64,000 nt of DNA from Clostridia bacterium (GTDB taxonomy: Bacteria > Bacillota > Clostridia > UMGS1883 > UMGS1540), in contig JAZSDN010000050.1 in the NCBI GenBank assembly GCA_045531205.1, positions 6,407-70,406 on the forward strand, written 5' to 3'. The notes beneath the pieces are model-generated. The model worked only from the letters and a program-made list of their open reading frames with translations. It made no database searches and was not told the origin of the DNA. Shown piece after piece: positions 48,285 to 55,733 of the stretch; the stretch's first letter is position 1, and every line of letters starts with the position of its first letter. Both the position numbers and the translations under genes were made by a program.

Positions 48285-50234
48285 TTATTTCTCCTGCACT
48301 GCTCGTTCAATTACAGCGTCCTGAATTTTTTCATTCAATGTTGTAAACTGTGTACTGTAACCACTGATTTTAACAATAATATCCGTGTGTTCTGACGGAT
48401 TTTGTTTGGCTTCTTCTAACAATTTTGCATCTATAGTATTAACAGCAAGATGAAAACCGCCGGCTTCAAAAAATGTCTTTATTAGAGGTGTAAGTACACT
48501 GCTTTTTTCAATATCTTTTTTATTCAAACTTATCATAACAGGGCATCCGTTGGGAAAATATTTGGCAGAGATATTTGCGCATGACATCAGAGTTGATGTT
48601 AAGGTGCTTTTGTGAGGCGTTGCGCAAGGCATCACTCCGTAGGATAACAGTTCTCCTTTTTTTCTTCCGTTAACCATTCCGCTACAATCCCGCTGCCATA
48701 TATCCGCAGTAAAACGAAACAGTGCCGGCGAAGAAAGAACATTATCATCTATAGGATATTTTTGAATTACTTTTCCTATAAACTCGGTTATATCTTTAGC
48801 TAACTGATTACTTTCTTCGCTGTTGGAACCGTAATAAGTTTTTAAGCCTGCTATTTTATTATATAAAGATACATCCTCAAAATCTTTTTCTGCCTGCATC
48901 CTTAGATTTTTAATTGTTGTATGATTTTCGTCAAATACAAGCCTTTTTATAGTGTAAATACTGTCAATTAAAATGCCGATTCCCAAGATATTTATGCCAA
49001 ACAGGTATTTTTCCCGGTTTAATACACAGTTTGCAAATGGTGATACTGCGTTTCTATCTTGATTTGCAATACTCTTAAATTCAGGAAGTAAAGAGTTTGC
49101 ATAATAAAATTCAAAATAATTTTTGTATGCATTAAGAAAGTCTTTGAAAGAAGAATAATCAGACTTTTGCTCCAAAAACTCTTTGAAGGAATCATATAGG
49201 TTAACGGCTGCGGCAACTGTGTTTGAAAACGAGCCTTGGGGAGCTGGTTCGTAACAGCCAACAATTCCGTAATCCATTGCTCTCTTATCATCAATTCCCA
49301 ATTTTTTTAAACCTTCAATAATAGTATCATCATTGAAATATGCCGGCATACCGCTTCCGTTTAAAACCAGCCGAGTTGCTTTATTTAAAACATCGGTACT
49401 TGTTATTTTTGATACTCTCAGGGCAATGGATGGCTGGCGCATACTGATTTGTGTTTGAGCTTCAATAAATAACGATGTCAATTCATTTTCAATATCTCCA
49501 CCCACGGTCAGCATGCACGACTCATCACCCTCGGAATTTTTTATGTAAAAGCACATAATAAGTTCTAACGCTTCTTCCGGCGTAAGAATACCTTTTTCGA
49601 TATCATTTTTATAATATGGATACAGGTATGAATCTGCTCTGCCTAAAGATATTGCAGCGCCGCCCGCTTCTGTATATAAAAAGCATTGAATAAACCATAC
49701 AAGCTGTAACGCCTGACGAAAACTCACAGGAGGGTTTTCCGATATGAATTCACAGTCATTTGCGATGTTTAAAAGTCTTTCTTTATCTTCATTCTGCGAT
49801 AAAACATAAGCTTTTCTTGCAGTGTCAGCATAATTTTTTATGTAATTTGAAAAAGCCTTTAACGTATTTACCAAAGCTGTTTTATTAGAGTTTTTATTGA
49901 CTTCATTTATTTTCCCTTTAATTCCTTTTTCCAAGAAATCCTGAAAATCTGCAATGAAGTGCCCTCTATTCTGAGGTTTTACAGTTTCGCCAAGAGACCT
50001 TTGCCATTGCCAATGCCAGTTTGTTCCTACAATGTATTCCTTTTCATAAATTTCGGTTGAAAAGTTTTCTGAAAAATACTGATAGAAACCACTGTATAAA
50101 AGCCCTTTATCTTCTTCAACGTTTTTGTTTGAAATATATTGCTGATAAAGATTACATAAATGCTTTTTGTGTTGCTCTCTTTTTTCTTCAAACATAGCAA
50201 GGTGCTGTTTTTTTAAAAAAATTGTGTTATTCAT
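48285..50234 (-). CDS. Short glycyl radical enzyme homologue (about 649 aa)
   Basis: The track ORF starts at the GTG at 50255. The ATG at 50234 (MNNTIFL...) follows GGAAAGGAG. Thiyl loop VGCYEPAPQG and C-terminal glycine loop IVKISGYSTQFTTLNEKIQDAVIERA. Shares DIEKGILTxEEAxELI and FNDD motifs with the upstream GRE. Confidence 0.85.
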   Translation of the reverse strand: MNNTIFLKKQHLAMFEEKREQHKKHLCNLYQQYISNKNVEEDKGLLYSGFYQYFSENFSTEIYEKEYIVGTNWHWQWQRSLGETVKPQNRGHFIADFQDFLEKGIKGKINEVNKNSNKTALVNTLKAFSNYIKNYADTARKAYVLSQNEDKERLLNIANDCEFISENPPVSFRQALQLVWFIQCFLYTEAGGAAISLGRADSYLYPYYKNDIEKGILTPEEALELIMCFYIKNSEGDESCMLTVGGDIENELTSLFIEAQTQISMRQPSIALRVSKITSTDVLNKATRLVLNGSGMPAYFNDDTIIEGLKKLGIDDKRAMDYGIVGCYEPAPQGSFSNTVAAAVNLYDSFKEFLEQKSDYSSFKDFLNAYKNYFEFYYANSLLPEFKSIANQDRNAVSPFANCVLNREKYLFGINILGIGILIDSIYTIKRLVFDENHTTIKNLRMQAEKDFEDVSLYNKIAGLKTYYGSNSEESNQLAKDITEFIGKVIQKYPIDDNVLSSPALFRFTADIWQRDCSGMVNGRKKGELLSYGVMPCATPHKSTLTSTLMSCANISAKYFPNGCPVMISLNKKDIEKSSVLTPLIKTFFEAGGFHLAVNTIDAKLLEEAKQNPSEHTDIIVKISGYSTQFTTLNEKIQDAVIERAVQEK

Positions 50235-51018
50235 AAATAACAAACTCCTTTCCACAATACCCTAAATTTGCCGAGATTTCAGCGGAAGCATTTCTTATTA
50301 GATCAAGTTTTTCATTAATTAAAGAGTCAATATCGTCATATAGCGTCAGGCTTGAAACACCTATAGTTGCCACCACATTTCCTGTATAGTCAAAAATAGG
50401 TACTGCAATACAAATTATGCCTTTGGCAAACTCTTCATTATCAATAGCAAAACCTGCTTTTTTTATCTTATAAGCTTCAATAATAAAACTATCAAAATCC
50501 GTAATGGTATTTTCTGTTCTTTTGTCAACCGGTATATTAAAGTAATTCTTTATCTCATCTGTATCTGAATAACTTAAAAGAATCTTACCGGGGGCAGAAC
50601 AGTTAAGTGGGTATTCTCCACCTATACACCCATTAATTCTGACTTCCTTTGTGGAATCATAATGCAAAAGATAAAGGACGTTTCTTTCGTTTTTAACCCC
50701 AAGATAGACAGAATCACCAAGCTCATTATTTAACTGTTCTATGTAAGGAGTTGCAATTTTTGCAATGCTGTTATTATTAACATAACCTGATATAAGTGAA
50801 AAGGGACGGAGCGTTAATCTGTATTTTTTTTGAGTATTATCACTCATATAAATCCAATTTTTCTCGAGCAAAGCTTCCAACACCCTTGAAACAGCATTTT
50901 TATTTATATTAAGAGCATTACTTATATCAGCAATTCCTATTTCAGAATTTTTACTTGCAAAAAATTCAATTATTTCCAAAGCGTAATCTACAGCAGGAGC
51001 TTTAGACAACTTTATCAC
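50227..51018 (-). CDS. IclR family transcriptional regulator
   Basis: 263 aa. N-terminal wHTH (...ALEIIEFFASKNSEIGIADISNALNINKNAVSRVLEALLEKNWI...) and a C-terminal IclR effector domain. The likely true start is the TTG at 51009, 6 nt after GAGGTG. The stop overlaps the GRE start by 8 nt. Confidence 0.9.
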   Translation of the reverse strand: MIKLSKAPAVDYALEIIEFFASKNSEIGIADISNALNINKNAVSRVLEALLEKNWIYMSDNTQKKYRLTLRPFSLISGYVNNNSIAKIATPYIEQLNNELGDSVYLGVKNERNVLYLLHYDSTKEVRINGCIGGEYPLNCSAPGKILLSYSDTDEIKNYFNIPVDKRTENTITDFDSFIIEAYKIKKAGFAIDNEEFAKGIICIAVPIFDYTGNVVATIGVSSLTLYDDIDSLINEKLDLIRNASAEISANLGYCGKEFVIYE

Positions 51019-51046
51019 CTCATAATATATTTATTCTACAATTATA

Positions 51047-51075
51047 AGTATATCACGTAAAGATATATATGTCAA
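51047..51075 (-). promoter_or_regulatory. Sigma-A type promoter of the IclR-GRE-activase cassette
   Basis: The minus strand reads TTGACA (51075-51070), a 17-nt spacer ending in TGA, then TATACT (51052-51047). It directly abuts the spoIVB terminator. Confidence 0.6.
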
Positions 51076-51110
51076 CAAAAATGCTCACTTATATAAAACA
51101 AGTGAGCATT
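51076..51110 (-). terminator. Rho-independent terminator of spoIVB
   Basis: The minus strand reads ATGCTCACTT-GTTTTATAT-AAGTGAGCAT followed by TTTTTGTT. Confidence 0.7.
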
Positions 51111-51114
51111 TATC

Positions 51115-52086
51115 TTATTTGTTTTTCTCTGCTTCAGTTAACATATTCTCTATAAATATCCCATAACCTCTTGTTGGATCATTCACAAATACGTGTGTCA
51201 CAGCTCCGATGAGCTTTCCGTTCTGAACTAAAGGTGACCCCGACATACCTTGGACAATTCCACCCGTTATCGAAAGAAGTTTTGGGTCTGTAACTTTTAT
51301 TATCATATTTTTATTTTCTTCATAATTTTTATTTAAAATCTTTTCAATTAAAACTGTATATTTTTGTACACCTTCTCCTAAAACATCCGCATATATAAAA
51401 GCATTTCCTTCCTTCACTTCGTCTGATGTTGAAGTAAAAACAGTTTCTCCTTCACTTTTTTTAAGCAGTGTTCCGAATAATCCGCTTTTTGAATTTTTGT
51501 TTATTATGCCACTTTTAACATTTAAAAAATCCCCTTGCAAACCACCGGGGCTCCCCTCTTTCCCTCTTATTACATACATATTTTCACAAAAACGTATATC
51601 GCCCGAATTTCCTGAAGGCATTATGCCTGTTTCTGTATCTTCTACCTTGTGCCCTAACGCAGCAAATTTTAAGGTTTCGGGTTCGATATAAGTTATAGTT
51701 CCTATCCCGGCTATACTGTCTCTTACCCATGCGCCTATTTTATATTTATAAGCATCGTCATAAAATACAGGTGTAACCTTTTTGGTTAAAATTTTATTTT
51801 CTCTCTTTATTCCTAAATTAAGATTTTTTCCTTCTGACTGTTCAACAAGCTTGCTGAATTCATCACTCTTTGATATCTTTTTGCCGTTTACTAAATAAAT
51901 TATATCTCCCTTTTTAATTCCTGATGCCTTGGCAGGAGATATATTTTTTCCATTTGAAACTATATCAGAAAATCCAACCACCAATACACCTTCAAAATAC
52001 ATGGATATTCCTATGGTGTTTCCTCCTAATATTACTTGTTTTGGTTCGCTCTCTTCTGTTGCTTCAATATTGTTTTGGCCGCACAA
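51115..52086 (-). CDS. spoIVB: SpoIVB peptidase (S55), stage IV sporulation signalling protease
   Basis: PDZ-like region (...GIKKGDIIYLVNGKKI...) and the serine protease motif GMSGSPL. The coordinates are the track ORF (TTG start, no SD). The reading frame stays open upstream to 52173 and encodes a signal/TM segment, so the true start is probably near 52157/52158 (see findings). Confidence 0.88.
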   Translation of the reverse strand: MCGQNNIEATEESEPKQVILGGNTIGISMYFEGVLVVGFSDIVSNGKNISPAKASGIKKGDIIYLVNGKKISKSDEFSKLVEQSEGKNLNLGIKRENKILTKKVTPVFYDDAYKYKIGAWVRDSIAGIGTITYIEPETLKFAALGHKVEDTETGIMPSGNSGDIRFCENMYVIRGKEGSPGGLQGDFLNVKSGIINKNSKSGLFGTLLKKSEGETVFTSTSDEVKEGNAFIYADVLGEGVQKYTVLIEKILNKNYEENKNMIIKVTDPKLLSITGGIVQGMSGSPLVQNGKLIGAVTHVFVNDPTRGYGIFIENMLTEAEKNK

Positions 52087-52217
52087 AAGAGAAAGCAGGG
52101 TTACTGTCAGTAAAAGTGCAAAAAATATTTTTAATAAATTAACACTTTTTTTTGCAATATAAAACCACCCCCCTTAATTTAATTTTTACAGAGAGCGGTT
52201 TTTATATTCATTGCAAT

Positions 52218-52997
52218 TTATCGGTATTCTGTTAAAGATTTAAATGTATAGCCTTGGCTTTTTGCATCTTTTATTACTCTGTCAAGAGCTTTTGCGTTAT
52301 CGGCAGATACTGCGTGAAGCAATATAACTGCACCATTATGTAAGCCTTTCATTATGTTATTATATGCTGCTTCCTCTCCTATTGGATTTTCTGCTTCCCA
52401 GTCTTTGTATGCAAAGCTCCAGAAACAACTTATAAAGCCCATTTCGTTTGCCTTTTTTAAAACTTTTTCGTTGTACTCTCCCATTGGAGGACGGAAAAAT
52501 TTCATTTTACTGCCAAGTTCATTTTCAAATTTTTCCGAAAGAGTCAAAATTTCTTTTTCCATTTCTTCTTCCGAAATTTTTGGCATTGAAGGATGATTCC
52601 ACGTATGATTTCCTACAATATGACCTTCATCATGCATTCTTGCTACCAAATCAAAGCTGCGAGTAAAATAATCTCCTGTAATAAAAAATGCTGCCGTAAC
52701 CTCATTTTCTTTTAGTGTGTCCAGAATATCGTCTGTGTATCCGTTTTCGTAACCTTCGTCGAATGTAAGATATAAAGTTTTTTCTTCCTTATTTCCCATG
52801 TAAATGCAATTATTTTTTGTCATCATTTCTGTTTGAGATGCTGTAAATTCAGGTCCTTCCTCTGTTGGTCTGAATCCCCAACCAAAAACATCTGTTTGAT
52901 AAGATATTTCCTTTGAGGTTTCTGTTACATTATCTGTGCACGATGTAAAAAGTAAAACACTTAAAAGTAAAATAAATATTTTTTTAATAATCTCCAC
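52218..52997 (-). CDS. Polysaccharide deacetylase (NodB domain) lipoprotein, PdaA-like
   Basis: 259 aa. Lipobox LLFTSC. ...LTFDEGYENGYT... (TFDD-type motif), ...GNHTWNHP... and ...ILLHAVS... NodB motifs. Sporulation-gene neighbourhood. Confidence 0.8.
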   Translation of the reverse strand: MEIIKKIFILLLSVLLFTSCTDNVTETSKEISYQTDVFGWGFRPTEEGPEFTASQTEMMTKNNCIYMGNKEEKTLYLTFDEGYENGYTDDILDTLKENEVTAAFFITGDYFTRSFDLVARMHDEGHIVGNHTWNHPSMPKISEEEMEKEILTLSEKFENELGSKMKFFRPPMGEYNEKVLKKANEMGFISCFWSFAYKDWEAENPIGEEAAYNNIMKGLHNGAVILLHAVSADNAKALDRVIKDAKSQGYTFKSLTEYR

Positions 52998-53053
52998 CTC
53001 CAGATAAATTTATACTCAAAATAATTTAAAAAAAGAACCTTGCGTTGCAAGGT

Positions 53054-53782
53054 TCACTCTAAAATATAATTTATTGCTTTTTGAATATATTTATCCCAGA
53101 AATCCCAGGTATGGTCGCCTATTCCTTCTTCGTAAAAATATTCAAAGTCAGTTTTTTCTATTACCTGTTTGAATTTTTGATTTCCTTCATACAGAAAATC
53201 GCTTTTACCTATAGCCTGATAAATTTTGGGTTTTACGGGTGCACCGTTCATCTTTTTAACAAGATAAACAGTATTTTCATTGCTTTTTGATAAATCAGTA
53301 TCTTCTCCAAGTATTATTTTTGAAAGTTCAGGTTCTTTGTTTACTATTGCCTCTATATCCAAACACCCAGATAAAGATGCCGCTGCACTGAAAATTTCAG
53401 GTCTTCTTAATGCTATTTTTACAGCACCGTATCCACCCATAGAAAGACCTGCAATAAATGTGTCATCCCGCCTTGTGCTTAAGTTAAAAAGTTTTCTTGT
53501 ATACTCAAGAATTTCATAAGCTATATGAGTAAAATATTTATCACCATACACCATATCTGCATAAAAGCTTTTTGCAGCATCCGGCATAATTACAGCTATG
53601 TTATTAAGCTTTGCGTATCGTTCTATCGACGAAAATCTTGACCATGCTGTTGAATTTTGCGAAAAGCCATGTAAAAGATACAAGGTCTTTGCCCCGTTTT
53701 CACAACCTTCGGGTATAATTGCATTAAACTCAACATTTTTAGAAAGCACTTCAGATGCAAAATTACAAGTCAAAAATGCCAT
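53054..53782 (-). CDS. Esterase family protein (esterase D/tributyrin esterase type alpha/beta hydrolase)
   Basis: 242 aa. GLSMGGYGA nucleophile elbow and a ...GDHTWDFW... C-terminal His region. Confidence 0.7.
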   Translation of the reverse strand: MAFLTCNFASEVLSKNVEFNAIIPEGCENGAKTLYLLHGFSQNSTAWSRFSSIERYAKLNNIAVIMPDAAKSFYADMVYGDKYFTHIAYEILEYTRKLFNLSTRRDDTFIAGLSMGGYGAVKIALRRPEIFSAAASLSGCLDIEAIVNKEPELSKIILGEDTDLSKSNENTVYLVKKMNGAPVKPKIYQAIGKSDFLYEGNQKFKQVIEKTDFEYFYEEGIGDHTWDFWDKYIQKAINYILE

Positions 53783-53795
53783 GAATGTTCTCCTT

Positions 53796-55094
53796 TCAGG
53801 AAACAGATTCCTCGTTTATCCTTTGTTTTTTGGGAGCGGGTCTTTTGATTTTTCTTACCCCATCGCCTCTTGTGATTTCAGGCTGTCCTTCTTTATTATT
53901 TACACAGTTTTCTGTTATGAGTACCTTCTCAATAGTTTCATCCGAAGGAATTTCAAACATAATATCTGTCAAAGTTTCTTCCATTATCGCACGCAAGCCT
54001 CTTGCCCCTGTTTTTCTTGCAATTGCACTTTCTGCCATCTTTACAAGAGCTTTTTCGTCAAACTCAAGTTCAACCCCATCAAGCGAAAACAACTTTTCAT
54101 ATTGCTTTGTAAGTGCGTTTTTAGGTTCTTTCAATATGCTTACAAGTGCATCCTTATCTAAAGCCGAAAGTGCTGCTATTACAGGAATTCTGCCTACAAA
54201 TTCGGGAATTAAACCAAATTTTAATAAATCTTCAGGTTCAATAAGTTTAAAGAGTTCAGAAATATCTTTTGTAGCTTTTGATGATATTTCCGACCCAAAG
54301 CCCATGGTCTTTTTGCCTATTCTTCTCTCAATTATTTTTTCAAGTCCGTCAAACGCTCCGCCTACAATAAAGAGAATATTAGTAGTATCTATCTGTATGA
54401 ATTCCTGATGAGGATGCTTTCTTCCACCCTGCGGAGGTACTGACGCAACAGTCCCTTCCAAAATCTTCAAAAGTGCCTGCTGAACACCTTCACCACTTAC
54501 ATCTCTTGTGATAGACGGATTTTCGCTTTTTCTTGTTATTTTATCTATTTCATCAATATAAATTATGCCTTTTGATGCTCTTTCAATATCATAATCAGCT
54601 GCCTGAATAAGACGAAGCAAAATATTTTCAACATCTTCACCTACATAGCCCGCTTCGGTCAATGATGTCGCATCTGCTATTGCAAAAGGAACATTTAAAA
54701 CTTTTGCCAAAGTCTGTGCAAGCAATGTTTTTCCTGAACCTGTAGGACCCATAAGTAAAATGTTGCTCTTTTGTATTTCTACATCGCTTTCAACCTGTGC
54801 TGATATTCTCTTATAATGGTTATAAACTGCAACTGATAAGAGTTTTTTTGCAGTATCCTGACCGATTACATAGTCGTCAAGTGCTTTCTTTATATCGTAG
54901 GGTTTTGGAATATCATCATAATATACATCTGCATTTGAAGAATCTAAAATTTCTTCATCAATGATTTCATAACAAAGCTCTATACATTCGTCACAAATAT
55001 ATACCCCGGGACCGGCAACAAGTCTTTTTACCTGATCCTGACTTTTTCCGCAAAAAGAACACTTTAACTGTGCCTGTTCGTTAAATTTAGACAT
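53796..55094 (-). CDS. clpX: ATP-dependent Clp protease ATP-binding subunit ClpX
   Basis: 432 aa. Zinc finger CSFCGK...CDECI, Walker [15 protein letters not shown]. Confidence 0.97.
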   Translation of the reverse strand: MSKFNEQAQLKCSFCGKSQDQVKRLVAGPGVYICDECIELCYEIIDEEILDSSNADVYYDDIPKPYDIKKALDDYVIGQDTAKKLLSVAVYNHYKRISAQVESDVEIQKSNILLMGPTGSGKTLLAQTLAKVLNVPFAIADATSLTEAGYVGEDVENILLRLIQAADYDIERASKGIIYIDEIDKITRKSENPSITRDVSGEGVQQALLKILEGTVASVPPQGGRKHPHQEFIQIDTTNILFIVGGAFDGLEKIIERRIGKKTMGFGSEISSKATKDISELFKLIEPEDLLKFGLIPEFVGRIPVIAALSALDKDALVSILKEPKNALTKQYEKLFSLDGVELEFDEKALVKMAESAIARKTGARGLRAIMEETLTDIMFEIPSDETIEKVLITENCVNNKEGQPEITRGDGVRKIKRPAPKKQRINEESVS

Positions 55095-55151
55095 TTTAAT
55101 GCTGTCCTCCCTTAAAGGATTAACGCCAACCGTTTCCGATTGGCGTAAAAA

Positions 55152-55733
55152 TTAATGTTTTGTAATAATTTTATCTACAAGGCCGTACTCAACTGCCTGC
55201 TGTGCTGTCAAGAAGTTATCTCTGTCAGTATCTTTTTCAATAATTTCCAAAGGCTTGCCTGTAACTTCACTCAAAATAGTGTTTAACTTAGTACGCATTT
55301 GAATTATTCTGTCAGCATGAATTTTAATATCAGAAGCCTGACCTTGCATTCCGCCAAGGGGCTGGTGAATCATTACTTCGCTGTTAGGCAAAACAAAACG
55401 TTTTCCTTTTGCTCCTGCAGCAAGCAAAAACGCGCCCATACTTGCTGCCATACCTACACAAATTGTAGATACGTCACATTTTATATACTGCATTGTATCA
55501 TAAATAGCCATACCTGCTGTTATTGAACCGCCGGGGCTGTTTATGTAAAGACTTATATCCTTTTCGGGGTCTTCACTTTCCAAAAACAGCATTTGAGCTA
55601 CAACTAAGCTTGCAGTTGTATCGTTAACTTCTTCTCCTAAAAATATTATTCTGTCTTTAAGCAAACGTGAAAAGATGTCGTAAGAACGTTCTCCTCTATT
55701 AGTCTGCTCTATTACCATCGGCACCAGACTCAT
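55152..55733 (-). CDS. clpP: ATP-dependent Clp protease proteolytic subunit ClpP
   Basis: 193 aa. [32 protein letters not shown]... and the catalytic GMAASMGA region. Confidence 0.97.
   Translation of the reverse strand: MSLVPMVIEQTNRGERSYDIFSRLLKDRIIFLGEEVNDTTASLVVAQMLFLESEDPEKDISLYINSPGGSITAGMAIYDTMQYIKCDVSTICVGMAASMGAFLLAAGAKGKRFVLPNSEVMIHQPLGGMQGQASDIKIHADRIIQMRTKLNTILSEVTGKPLEIIEKDTDRDNFLTAQQAVEYGLVDKIITKH

Noticed and set aside
40263-51114. I looked for an integrase, transposase, IS ends, tRNA attachment site or phage genes that could explain the accessory island.
   Set aside because: None was found. Every ORF in the interval is accounted for (epimerase, isomerase, regulator, two GREs, two activases, IclR). 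The only boundary signature is the spoIVB 3' duplication, so I do not call a mobile element.
53598-54161. A 187-aa plus-strand ORF spanning the esterase/clpX boundary.
   Set aside because: It is antisense to two well-supported genes and crosses their intergenic gap. It has an F/C/Y-rich nonsense-like composition and no ribosome-binding site.
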